Position numbers and translations under genes: made by a program | Shown here: positions 12,215-25,625 of the stretch, piece by piece | Position numbering within the stretch: the first letter of the stretch is position 1 | Layout of the letters: each line of letters begins with the position of its first letter | Notes under the pieces: generated by a model | Databases searched by the model: none | Told to the model about the DNA's origin: nothing | What the model saw: the letters and a program-made list of their open reading frames with translations, nothing else | NCBI RefSeq assembly: GCF_006345805.1 | Contig: NC_043013.1 | Coordinates: 58,776,001-58,840,000 of the forward strand | DNA from: Octopus sinensis | Taxonomy: Eukaryota | Length of the DNA stretch: 64,000 nucleotides | Direction: 5' to 3'

Positions 12215-12596
12215 GTGCATGTGTGCGTGTGTGTGATCACTGACATGTAGTCGTGTATACGTGTTCAGTTGCATGTGTCAGTGTAATTGTGTATCAGAAA
12301 GAAATAGGTGAAACTATTCGCAAACAATTTGTTCTAATATAGATTCTGATAAATGAAGGTATCATTTGCTTGTTTATTTCCTCATGTTTGGCTTTCAAAA
12401 AAAAAAACAAAAAAAGAAGACAAACACAATGGTAAGACCAACAACCACAACAATAATAACAAGTAGAACAATAAATGCAGGGGAAATTAAGGGCGAAATT
12501 GAAGACAAACAGGAGGAATATTGAGAAGTGTTTGAGTCAATAGGAGCTAATGAATGGAAAGCTCTTTCTGGTGTATATCAACAGCAAATCAGCAAG

Positions 12597-12632
<36 letters not shown>

Positions 12633-12660
12633 TACATACATACATACATACATACATACA

Positions 12661-12691
<31 letters not shown>

Positions 12692-13467
12692 GTATATGGA
12701 GAGAGTTAGAGAGAGACATGGAAGCTTCTGATAAAGATGTCTGTATATAAGCAGTCTGTGTGAGTGTTGAAGAGTGTTTACATGCGAATGCTCGTGGAGT
12801 GCGAACGTGAATATTTTGTGTGCGTGAGTGCATATATATATGTGTGTGTACGTATGTTGTTATGTATGTATGTATGTATGTATGTATGTATGTATGTGTA
12901 TATGTGTTTCTGTGTGCATGTATAAATACGCACATTCATGGATGCATTCGCTCATACATGAATAAATGCAGACTGACATATATGGAAAGTGATATATATA
13001 TATTTATATATACACACCACACACACATACGCACGCCCATGTATATACATATATATGTATTTTGAAATAGAGGTATGTATGCGTGTGGGGGTGTTTATAC
13101 CCATTTGTATTTATCTCTACTCGGTTAAGTTATATTGTGTATTTTTAGCAACCACGATCTGTCACTCCTTTTCTCTCTTACACTTAGTAATTATGTGTCC
13201 GCGCGTTTTTACATCCATCCGATGATCCGCAAACTCACGCATATATATATGTAACTATGAATAAATTAATGTTTGTATTATCGCATTTATGCATACAAAT
13301 ATACTAGTATATTAATCTCACTTTCACAAAGCTTCACCATTTTAAAAAAGCATAGAAACGTAATAAAACTTGATAAAAATTTCGAAAATTAAACTGTATT
13401 CCTCGGTCCTTGTAAAATCTCTATTGTTGCAAGTGTCTTACTTCTATAATCTAACACGAATAATTAA

Positions 13468-13640
13468 CCCCTTAATGGGCTATCCCGTGTTTACTCGTGC
13501 ACTACAAATGTATCTTTTTAGAACCAGGTGAGTACACTCGGTCGAAATTAACTTTTAATTTTAGCACTCAAACGAGTTTATTTGTTTTGTGTCGTTTCAT
13601 TTTTGAGCAATCACGAATTTACTCGTGATCAATTAAGGAG
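13468..13640. mobile_element. piggyBac-like MITE
   Basis: TTAA at 13464-13467 and 13641-13644; terminal CCCCTTAAT/ATTAAGGAG; subterminal TTTACTCGTG repeats. Confidence 0.55.
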
Positions 13641-13909
13641 TTAAAAGGGAATTCGTATAATACTAAAGGGAGGACTAAATATTCTGAAGATTCACGGAAA
13701 GTATTTACCCGTAGGACAATAATAAAAGGCGCAATGAAATATAAGAATGCGCATTCAGCAGAGTAGTCATTTATAAAAATACTTTTGATGGAATAAACAC
13801 CAGAATAAATCAGAGTAGTTGCGTTTCTACATTAAATCAATCTGTTTTGCGTGATTGGTGTCTTGTTTTGCATTCCTTCATACACACACACACCACACAC
13901 ACACACACA

Positions 13910-13957
<48 letters not shown>

Positions 13958-14309
13958 TCTTTACTCATTTTACAACAATTGTTCTTTTTATTATCTTTTA
14001 TGTCCTTCAATAAATTAACAGACCTGACGTGGAGAATTGAAACAGTTCGCAATATTTATTTCATAAACTTTGTTTTAATTTACATGGACCAACTAAAAAT
14101 AAAAACAGAGAAAACAAATTGATATCGAAAATATGGCAATGAATAAATAAGAAAAAGAGTTGATAAATAGCTTTCATGTTTCAAGTAATTTTGTATTAAA
14201 TTGATGATATTTCTTAAAACACTTGACATGAGACACTTTATTAGCTGAACGTGCGGATACATATAAATTATGTAGATAGACTGATACATGCAGATATGTT
14301 TGATGGCAT

Positions 14310-14519
<210 letters not shown>

Positions 14520-15254
14520 TAATTGTTCTGTGAGTAATGTTATATGTTTGTGCGTGTGTTAGTGCCAAGTATCGTACAATGTTTATAGTAGTGAAAACAT
14601 GACGATATCAACCATTAATTCTCTGCAGTGATGTGGTTTCTAACCTAAAGTCTGTATATTTTGTACTTTATTAAAAGTATTTAGTCTATTGATTCAGTGA
14701 CTGATAGACACTCTCTCCCTCTGGTGTCTCTTGATTTAAGTTAAAATTTGCCTTGTGGCTGTAATACTATGTCACATTCCACCTTTTGTTGTTGTTGTTG
14801 TTGTTACACATAGATCAGTTCTGACCCACCCATAACCATACATTCTATTTTGCCATCAAGAACTGCCTTTCCAGAATGTCCTGCTATATTCAGTTGGCGT
14901 TTGGAGTAATTTAAGAGAGAATTGTCTGGTAATGTCTTCCTCGTTACTGGCTATTAGGGTGATGACTGTTTATTCATAACGAATGCAATAAGCTAGCACA
15001 AAAATAGAATAATCGCAGGCATGAATGATTGAGTAAAAGTGTGCTTTGGGATGTTCTACATGTTTGTGGGTTGAAATTAGCGGAAATATAGCATGACATC
15101 GGGCCAAAGACTGTGACGATGAATGACAATTACGAGTCTTATGTGATTTCTCCATAAAGACTTGCAATAACTACTGGAGCAAAACGAAATGATATGGTGC
15201 AGACACTATTAAATTTCTAACAACCGTATTTTACTAGAGTGGACAACAAATTGA

Positions 15255-15480
15255 GAAATATCATGAACCTAATTAGAAAAAGTAAGGAGGTAAAGCGAAC
15301 GATAATTGAATGCTGGATAAGGAGTGAAGCCCGCAGAAGGGGATTCCGACAAGGAATGAAAGCAAAGTGGAATGAGTTAGGTCTCTTCGAAATAATTAAC
15401 GGTTAACCGACCAGGCAAGAGCAATAAGGGTCAGAGGGTGGTTAACAGACAGAAATAGAAGATATAAAAAGGAAAGAAGA
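15255..15480 (+). mobile_element. R4/Dong-type ORF N-terminal fragment
   Basis: IIECWIRSEARRRGFRQGMKAKWNELGLFE...RLTDQARAIRVRGWLT matches the recalled R4/Dong N-terminal motif. Confidence 0.6.
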
Positions 15481-16216
15481 AATATATTCTTCACCAAAAG
15501 ATACATTGGCCAGTAAAAACAGCAAAATTGAATAGCGACATAGATTTAGATCAAAGTGTAAATCAACAAGACAGTGAGGACGCTGTGCCGATATATAAGT
15601 TTAGAACGTAAGCAATCCGTTTATTGCTCGTAAAGTATTTATTCCTCAATCTTTTTTTTTTAATATATCAATCATTACTGTAACTACATAATTAATTCCG
15701 ACATTTAACACTTATTTTTGTCTCAGAATATTAGACCTATTATTTACAATAAATACTTAATTTATAATTTTTATAAACCTGAAATTATCATTTAATAATA
15801 TTAACTACATGAGCCGAAAGGATATTTGACGGTTAAGTAAAAACTAAATTTGTATTTTAAACTTCAAATACCTCTTTATTTGGTATTTCTCAACGTACAT
15901 ACAAATATAGCTTGACCAGTAATAAAATTCATTTAAGGATTGCATGGAGAGAATGTCAGTTTTTAATATTACATGTATTGTGAGAGTATTAGCTACGTAT
16001 ATGAGTGCGCAATTACGTGGGTAATGGTGCGTATGTGTTGGTATAAGAGTACATGTGCCTGGGAGTGTGTATATATGTATGTGTATAGGTATGTATATAT
16101 TCATATATATGTGTGTGTGCATGCGTGCGTGCGTGTGCTTGTGAGTGTTTGTGTGTGTGATTTTTATTGTATCTATGAAGATGTGTATGCGCCTATATGA
16201 GCCGTAACTAGATTTA

Positions 16217-17061
16217 TCTCTATATATATAAAAGGCAGTTTGTCTGTCTGTGTGTCTGTGTGTCTGTCAGGTTGTACCCTCACTCTGACCACGGCTTTCA
16301 ACAGATTCTGATGAAACTTGACACACACATAGCCCAATGTCATAATTCAAAACTAACGCAGCGAAAAGTTTGAAAAGTTCCCCCAGTTCTGAAAAAATCG
16401 ATAAATTCGACATGGGGTCGAGAATCTAAGCTTATCATATGCAACACATTTTCCGTTGTAGTTTTCGCAACTTGCAATCGATTTTCACAAACTCATGGTG
16501 AAGCTTAATTCTGACGTTAGTTTTCCATGCAATACCTTACCATCAGAAAAAATCGATAAAATCATGCCATTTTGGGAAATCGCATTCAAATTCAAGATGA
16601 CATATTTTCGACAATATCTTTAACAAAATGGCAGGAATTTTTTTTTAAATTCCCAGCGAGCATCATGTCTGCTCCAAGGAGCTATATGGCCCTTTTGATT
16701 CCAATAGGATACGTTATTACTGAAAAAAATCGGTTAATTACATCATATGTGGCACACATAGCACACCGATTTTTCTGCGATAATTTTTGAAAGTTCACAT
16801 AGATTTTCCTTACACTGATGTTGGACATCAAGTTTGCATTAAATGTCAAACTAACGACCTCTGTCAATGCAGTTAACAAGTATTGGGAGAAATCAACAAA
16901 ACCATATCACTTTGAGACCGACCATGCGAACCCTACAAAACTGACTTTTGTTATTTACAAAATAACGGTTCAATGAGTATAAAAAGGGGTAAAAAGGTAA
17001 AGGGCATTGCTTATCGACAAAGTTTCTTTCATACCCGGGAAACGCCGGGCTATGCTGCTAG
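16217..17061 (+). mobile_element. Non-autonomous Helitron
   Basis: A|TCTCTATATATATAAAA 5' end; (GTCT)-type microsatellite; 3' hairpin CCCGGGAAACGCCGGG (17034-17049) followed by CTAG|T. Confidence 0.85.
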
Positions 17062-17808
17062 TCCATTAATATGTGTGTGTGTATCTATGTACACAAATGT
17101 AGAAACAACAATAGTTTTACTAATAAAACTTTACGAGCTCCAACAAGATCACCAACTCTCTTATCTGCCCTCCTCAATTTAGCTTTTCTCTCTTCACTTC
17201 CCCACATTTCTCCATCTACACGCTCACCTTCGATCCAGGCCCTTTAACGTGTTTCTCATTATAAAGGTGATATTAACTTAAGTTTTTTCACTCTCTGACC
17301 GAATTTCAGCTGGCTGATTCATCTTGCACTATGTATAGGTTTTTGAGGATTTCTAATTCTTAATTCTTACCTGTATTCACCTGCTGAAAACGGCATTTCT
17401 GTATGATGTAACACTTCTGTTCATCAATAAAATACACGCCTCAAACAGCTTTAGTGAAACTCAATCTATCTGTGGCTATAGTTTATTTTTCACTTAACTT
17501 CGAACCTGCAATTCATTTGTAGCTAGAGTTTATAGACGGTGGTGTAATAGGTGTAGTGAGTGTACCCATGTGTGACCTTGATGACTCGTTGTGCATTCAA
17601 TCAGCCACATGTGAACATATGCAGAACTGGAAAACAAGTCGTTATACAGGTTTGTACACAATAACATTATCACCGACCCGACCTTGGTGTTTTCACTATT
17701 TAAGTAACCGATTCTCTCGAATGCGCGTGTGTGTGTGTGTGTATGAATGCATGTATCTATGAATGTATGTATGTATGTGTGTGTGTATATATATATATAT
17801 ATGTACAC

Positions 17809-18215
17809 AACCTGTTGCATGGTCGGGTCGTCGGCGTCAACGGCCATCCAATAAATGCCTTAAGGCTGATCCATGCGCGGGGACATAGAAATAATCGGAC
17901 TGAATACCCCGATCGCGCGGTTAAACCATTGGGAGTGAAGGACTCCTAGCCTTTGTTAGGGCATCCTTCTAGGAGAAGGTAACTCAGGTAACTGGGATAA
18001 CTCCGACATAAAACCTGCGGCCCAGTGGTTTCCGGTGATGTTGACTTGTTCTTCTTTTCGGATTATGGCTGCTGTTGCTTAGTGAGTGTGATTGACTCAG
18101 TGCACAGCCTTTCCTCACTTTAAAAAAAATATTCTTGCACAGGCATTGCACGATAACAACATTGATTAAGCTTCGTGCAATGGCCATACTCGATAACGAG
18201 GGGGCAGCCACCATA
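17809..18215 (+). repeat. ~550-bp structured interspersed repeat, copy 1 (5'-truncated, ~110-bp internal deletion)
   Basis: Same sequence; the deletion joins GGCGTC to AACGGCC at a GTC microhomology. Confidence 0.9.
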
Positions 18216-20459
18216 TATATGTACACCAGTTCAGCCTAATGAGGATATAGACTCTCCCTCTAGACCTCATTCGGTTTAGCGAGCTTGCTACATTGAACAT
18301 CGCAGGTGATTAAGTGAGGATCCTCCATAATCGAATAAACTACATTGTGAAAGGGTCTGGAAGCTGATTCAATGTATCATTTTTCATGAAATCGTAACCT
18401 AGCATCGTTTCCTCCTCTGTGTGTATCAATAACCAGCACCTCAAAACTTTCTGACACGCCAGGTTCACTTCGTAAAATTATTATCAACGTAGGTGTCACT
18501 TCAGTGCTGCATTAATTAAGAAACATTCAAGAAGAAACGTTTTGCTTTAAAAGTTTAAAAAAAGGCAGGCAGCAATCAAAAAAATCACTGAAAAACTTTA
18601 TTTAGCTGAGAATATGTTGGCAGTTTAATTTAGTCTTCGAATAAACACAATGTAAGGAAAAATAAAATCAAATATAAGAAGTAAAATTACAATACATTTT
18701 ATTAGTTTCTTCAATTTTACACTTAAAAAAGAAGCAATTCGTTGGACATTAATAGAAAGCTTTTATGTGGAATATGATAAATTGAAAAAGCGATTTCGTC
18801 CCATGTTGCACTGGGGTTTTCTCGCTTCTTATTCTGTCTATTAATAGGATGTAAGAAGATACATGTATAACATGCCGCTTATGATATGTTGTAACATCAT
18901 AAGATGCTGTGACATCATAAGGTGTGACACATATCAAGCGAAAACTAAGAAGCCTTTGCTTGATATAAGCCACATGAAATCTTTTATATGAAGTTGTAAT
19001 ACCTGAATTACCCCGTATTAACAGTTGTCATACTGACTTAGCTGAGAAAGAGGATTAGAGCGATTGGAGAATATGTTAAACACGGAGAGAGAGACAAAGG
19101 CAGAAGGATTTTGCTTATTTTCTATTTGTTCATGTAGCTCTGTCAGTAATTATTAGTTCTGAGTCGATTTAAGAGTTTAAAGATTATAGCTTAACCTAAA
19201 TCGCGGTCTCTACAGAAATTGAGGCGGGAGATTTACCTTACATCTCTAGAAAGTTTCTTCCTAACACATTTGTTTCTTCTCCTCCTTCAGTCATGTATAT
19301 ACAAGGTTTCTAAAATAATAGGTGAAACACAAATACGTTTTATTTGTAATTCCTGAGTTCGAGGCCAAGCAAGGTTATTTTCACCTTTTATCCTCACGGA
19401 ATTGATAAAATGATTTCCAGTGAAATAGTAGGCTTCTTGAAATAAGAATCAATAAAGAAATTAGAATGCAATAAAATACATAGCAGTGGCATACAGAAGT
19501 CGATATAATCAGCTATATACTTCCCATAGCAGTATTGTTGTTGTTATTATTTACTGCTGTCTGCGTATCAGACATGTTTTCATACAACTCTCAAACGTTT
19601 TGGAAGTAAACTACCGGGAATAATAATTAGGCCTTGACAACCGCAAAAAGTTTGCGTTTTGTTTGATCTCTTGAGTCTAAACGAAGGGGGCAGTGTGAAT
19701 CGTCTTTGCAGGCTTGAGTCTCTTAATGTCGAATGTTGTTTATCTAACTCATGACATTGTGAAGCAACAATAGAGGAAAGGCATGAAAAGTTAAGGCGTT
19801 CCAGCGGGATGATGTTAAGGGAAAGAAGGAATGGAGGAAGCGGGTAGTGCAACACATGGCATGTTACATATAACATTATGATGGACAAAGAAAAGCTGAG
19901 TGGTTGGGGAAGGCCTGTATAGATGTTAATTGAGTCTATATAGCCCCAGGTGAACAGACCATCATAGCAGAGGTAGCAAAACTAGAGTCATGTGCGAGTA
20001 CTCCTGCGTTTCCGTCACTCTTTTTGATTCCAAGCTGTCTGTTGGCCTATTTACAAATCTTGGTCTACTCATTTGTATAGCAACTGAAAGGGCCAAACTT
20101 TGGACGCAACTCTCCCTAGTGGTCCTCAGCTGAACTTTTGTAGAGTGTCAATAACTGTTGGGGATGCAGCATCATGTGGATCCAAGGACAAAGCCAGTTG
20201 TTAAGATGTGACCCTTGCTGTGTTTACAATGTAATTCAGCCTGGAGAGATTCACTGTAAGAAAGTGACCCAAAAGCTGATGCAATTGGGAAAGCTGGATT
20301 CGCATGTTCCTTGTATTAAAATGGTGTGTAGTATACTGTACTCACCAGAACAAGAAGTAGCAGCTGCAAAAACAACAGTCATACCATAGCACAAGCCATT
20401 AACCTTGTAAAGGCTGCAATAAACTGAAGAGGTCACGCTGAAGGAAAAAAAGTAATTTA

Positions 20460-21351
20460 CGAGGAGGTATCAAAATGTTCACGGACTAATTTTGCAGTGT
20501 GCCAACAGATGTCAGCACAGTTGAATGCGCAGTTAGAACTAGTAGTGACTTTCATGAGGTAGTGTGCAGAGTGACATTTGACGTACATACTTCACAAGTT
20601 GTGAAACTTGTGTTTTCGTGGTCACGTCTATGCTGTAGTCTGCATTAAACTCGGAAAGTCTGCTTCAGAGATTTTGAAGATGCTTCGAAAAGCTTACGGA
20701 ACGAAGCAAGGGGTCGCACGCAATATTTCGAGTCCAACGGACGCTTCAAAAGCGGAAGAACGTCCCTGGAAGACAATAAGCAATCTGGAAAACTTGGCAC
20801 GGGTCTCAACCCCGAAAACGTGGTATTGTGCATTAAGAATCCTCCTCCTGGACCTGACTATCAATCGACAGTTTTAATGCGACGTTTTGAAGTGTTTCAA
20901 GGAGGAATTCGGCGAAAGTGAAGTATTTATGGAGTGCGAAGAATTGGATTCTTCTCCACGACAGTGCACCCTGTCACCGAGCTCTCCTCACTCGTGAGTT
21001 TCTCGCCAAAAACAACATGTTATTGCTTCCGAACCTGCCCTATTCACCAGCTTTAGCACCTACGGATTTCCATCTCTTCCCAAAAGATGATAATGCTGCT
21101 CAAAGGTCGCCGTTTTAATACTGTTGTCGAGATCGAGAGTGAATCGCATAATGTCCTCGACTCGCTTCCAGAAGACGACGACTTCCAAGACGGATTCCAA
21201 AAGAGGCTGAGCCGTTGTGACCAGTGTGTTGCTACACAAGGTAACTATTTGAATGGAGATTATTTAAAATCTAAGTAAATAAGGTATAAGTTTCTTTTTG
21301 GTTTTTCATTAAACATTATTACTAGTTCGGGAACCTTTTGATACCACCTCG
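20460..21351 (+). mobile_element. Mariner element with both TIRs, internally deleted
   Basis: TIRs CGAGGAGGTATCAAAATGTTC and (rc) CGAGGTGGTATCAAAAGGTTC; TA TSDs at 20458-20459 and 21352-21353; WILLHDSAPCH..PYSPALAPTDFHLFPK. Confidence 0.92.
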
Positions 21352-21624
21352 TATAGCAGGTGGAAAGCTTGCTTGTAAAGGTGACTGGCCAATTACATAA
21401 ACATTGTAGCCAGCTCTCTTTGAAAAGCAAACATCAGGATTACAAAACCATGAAGATTACAAGTGACTTGGTAAAAAGGGCCACAAACATTTGTAGAATA
21501 GTACTTTTGAGGGGCATGAAGTGACAACGACCTCGTTTCTCCTAGTTTCAGTGCTTAAGCCATAAGATTATTCAAGGGAAGCTCATGCAGAGTGGCAATC
21601 CACAATTCAACAACGGCAGAAACC

Positions 21625-21680
21625 AATTGTGGATGAAGGAGGACTTCTATGGCTATAGAAGTTCTCCTTCATCCACAATT
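21625..21680. repeat. 56-nt hairpin (26-bp stem, one G-T pair, GGCT loop)
   Basis: AATTGTGGATGAAGGAGGACTTCTAT-GGCT-ATAGAAGTTCTCCTTCATCCACAATT. Confidence 0.92.
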
Positions 21681-22374
21681 CTCCTCAAACACAAAAACCT
21701 GCTCACACATTTTCACTCAAATAGACATTCCATCATGCATTAAGATGGAAACGTGCCCCCACCCACAAGGGAACGCTTGGGGGACGAAGAGAAAACAAGT
21801 AGACAAAAATTGGTACCTCCAGGTGGAAAGGCAGGATGTTTAATGGGACGACCGAATGTAAATGGTACCTACTCCTCTACAACAACACAAGAAAACAACG
21901 GCAATAACAACCTAAAAATACATCAACAGACCACATTTATCATGGTCGTTATTAGTAAGATTATTGGCACCTACACCACCGTTATAATCATCATCATCAA
22001 CATCGCCATCATTATTCACCATCATTATTCTTCAGTTTTTCCGTTTTAATACAAATTGCTGCTGCGTCATACAAGTGCCGAGTCAGTAAATTTCCTGTTA
22101 TTCATTCCATTTCTGTAGACTATTATTAAATACCATTTTAAAGAATGATTATGAAATTATCGGTCAAATAACTTACTGCTTAGTAATTACATTGTTCTAA
22201 GAAAATTTCCTCCCTTCTGCCATCCACATAGACAAGCAGAAATACGGACATGCATTTTTGTCTGTGTCTGTGTGTATAAAGTATGAATGCATGTATAATG
22301 AATAGATATGTATGTGTGTATGTCGCAGTGTGTGAGTGCGTATAAAATAAAAATAACAACAACAACAACAACAA

Positions 22375-22427
<53 letters not shown>

Positions 22428-22450
22428 TATTATTATTATTATTATTATTC

Positions 22451-24700
22451 CTTCGTAATACAGTGTAGGTAAAAATGCACCAGAGTCTTTAGTCATCTGT
22501 CAAGTTGCAACAAAGACCTCAGACAGATAATACTTTCCTTAAGATGTGCACTGTGCCTAATATGGCTGCTTTTGCAAGACATTAATCTTGCATGGGATTT
22601 CCAAGTTGCCTTAAGAAGTCTTGAAGTTTCAATGGGATTGAGTCCAACTCTCCGATCACCACTGGTATCATTTTTACATTACCCTCTCGTATTCCGTATA
22701 GTCTTGCCTTTTCCACTTTCAGTTCAGAGTACTTGGTAATTTTTCAACCTCTTTACTCACAACATTCATGTTATTTGGTATGGCTACATTATTGATCTGA
22801 CAGTATTTGTCTCTCTTATTCAATATGACAATATCAGGACGACGGTATTCGATTACACGATCCGTCTGAAAAATCATAATTCCAGAGTATCATTACTTTT
22901 CCATCCTCCTGCATAACTTTACTTGGTACATGCTCATGCCAGTTCTCTGTTACTTCATATTGGTATTTACGGCATAAGAGCCAAGGAAGATACACACACA
23001 GTTTAACGTGGCGGCGCTTGTATTCTTTTTGTGCAAGGTTCTCACATCCACTTACCAAGTGGGTCGCATTTTCAACACTCTTTCTACAGTCTGCATTTCT
23101 GGGTGTCAGAAATTTTGTAGATGATATACTACACTGAGTTGGTAGTGAGACCCTGGTTTTGTGCAGCAATGATGAGGCTTTCGGTGGTACGCTTCAATCT
23201 CCTCGCTCAAGTCATGCCCACGCTGCTACATTATCCTTAACGTCCCGTGTATTCCTTTCAAACTGTCCACGCTTTCTCATATCAAGAAGGTCTTCTTTTT
23301 CACTTCCCCTCAGCTCTTTGGTTAAACTCTTCCTTGCCCATCATTTCATCTGCATTTACATCCATATCTTTCGCGGCATATTGCAGCAGGTCTTCATCAC
23401 TATTTATCAAATACTCGGCAAGCGTTCTCCTTTCGCTCCAATAGTTTATACTAATTAACCCTGTGCCGCCATTTTTATCATATACAGTCTGTTTACGTCT
23501 GCTTTCTCGTCCTTCTATCCAGTGTTGATATTTCCTCCTTAATCCATTTGAGTATGGGTGCACTGTATCTGACCATTGCAACTGCCCAGATATTCATTGC
23601 GGTAATCAAAGTTTTGGCATTCAGTTTGGATTTCAACACCGTCTTCACCCTTTTTTTATACGCCTTGCTGACGTTGACTTTCATTTCTCTGTGTAGAATG
23701 TCATCCAATTCTAAAATCCCTAAATATCTATACCCACTACCGTCGAGTTAACCCATGGTCTCTCCTGATGGTAACCGCAATCCTCTGCAGGCTGCTTTCT
23801 TCTCTCTTTTCATATTAAGCACTAAGCATTTGGTAATCCCAAATTCCATACCGATGTCTCTACCACACTTTTGGACTGCTTTGGTTAAGGAATCTGTGTG
23901 TTTTTTTCAGATTTTCCAAACAATTTCAGGTCTTCCATAAATAGAAGATTATTCATTGATGGGCCTTTCTTCCCACATCGGTAATCAATCTTAACTTTCC
24001 TAAGTGTCATTGTTATGCAATTACAAATAGTAACGGAGAAAACGAGTCACCTTGGAAGATTCCCCTTTTAATATTAACTTCTCCAAAGAATACATTACTT
24101 GAGTACAATTTGACTTCCCACTCTTTATGCTATGCATCAGAAAATTTGTGATGTCAGTAACACCAAACATCTGCAGGCATTTAACGATCCAAGAATGAGG
24201 CATCATATGCCTTGTTAAAGTCAATCCAACCCATAGACATGTTTGTATGCCTCAAAAAATGTTTCATCGATGTCCAGGTGATCATTGGTGCTCTGAGAAC
24301 TCTTCCTACATCCGTTCTGTTCCCTTGGTAGTATTTCTTCCTTTACCAGGAAAGTGTATGTCTTTGCTGCGCATATTCCAGTGAGTATCTTTCAGATTAT
24401 GTTTAGGCATGCTATGGAATGGTAGTTTCCCAGAATATTCCCCTTTCTTCTATCTTTCAGTAAAAATGATGTCCTCGCAGTCACCATCCACGCGACGACT
24501 GTACCTTTCTGGACACACTCATTCAATTGGGCTGCTAGTCTTTTATGCACTGCGTGGCATCTCTTCAGTCAAAGGCCATGAATCCCATCTGGTCAGGTGG
24601 GGGGAGTTTCCAGTTAGGCACTTTTCTTGTTCTTTCACGTCATTGCTTATGACAATATTCCTTTGTTTCTTTCTTCCTTATAATTCTGTTTTGATAGTTC
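22451..24700 (-). mobile_element. R4/Dong-type non-LTR retrotransposon (RT, CCHC, restriction-like endonuclease), 5'-truncated and decayed
   Basis: LLFMEDLKLF (decayed YMDD-type motif, ~23930); C..SVENATHLVSGC..LAQKEYKRRH; RRPDIV; IPVVIG. The 3' end abuts (TAA)n at 22377-22450. Confidence 0.88.
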
Positions 24701-24704
24701 CTAC

Positions 24705-25560
24705 CCACATTGCACCCCTACTACTGGCACTTGATCCACTACAGCGGAAGCTATAGGTTTCGATGAGTATCCCGAATGAACTGGGATGTGGAAGGTTCGT
24801 GTCGGCGTATGCGTACGACGTCACCATGATAGTGTTGGACATCTCTGAAATCGAGATGTTCGGCACTACCTTAAGGGAATACGAGCGGTGACAGGGGCAA
24901 TGGTCAACCAGAAGAAATCAGTGGACCTGCAGCTCGGCATTTGGAGAGGCAGGCCCATGCCAACTGACAGCTTTCTGGGGCGCTGGTCGGGTGGATTTAA
25001 GTTGCTCGGGGTAAATTCAGTCCAGATCTTCAGGTGGACAAGAACTAGGGCGAGGGGCCGAGAAGCTGTACCTGAAAGGTTGGCTTAACGGGTTGGTGCG
25101 TTTGGTCGTCTACATCCTGTGGAAGAGTCAGGTACCGCTTGTCAGATGGTCCATTTGTTGTCAGCACCCATTGCGTGAAAGAGTGGGCATGCCGTGGCTA
25201 ATGATGCGCAGACATGCGCAGAGGCTGTAACATCTCCAACGATACCTTAACGGTGAGCAGGTATGGTCACGGTTTGTTGAACGCGTGAATGGGCCTACTC
25301 TAAGTATACGTCTGAAGGATGGAAGGAAAGGGGAAGAAGGGTGCCTTCCTGGGGAGCCGTTGATGTTAAGGGGGTCCAAAGTATGTGAGGTCACCTTACG
25401 GTTGAACTTCCCCCGGTTGAGGAAGCATATTGTTGATTTTAATCTTTTTGTTAATCGTTGTGTTTATTGGCTGTTTACACGTTTAACTGCATTGTCCTTC
25501 GTCTGTATATTGTCCTCTGTGTTTTATGTTCGGCCCTGGTGGCTGATAAAGAAAGAATTA
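24705..25560 (+). mobile_element. Tx1/L1-like LINE 3' fragment, internally deleted
   Basis: PLLLALDPLQRKL..VSAYAYDVTMIV..VTGAMVNQKKSVDLQLGIWRG..KLLGV, followed by a T-rich 3' UTR ending near (ATT)/(AGT)n. Confidence 0.85.
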
Positions 25561-25567
25561 TTATTAT

Positions 25568-25625
<58 letters not shown>

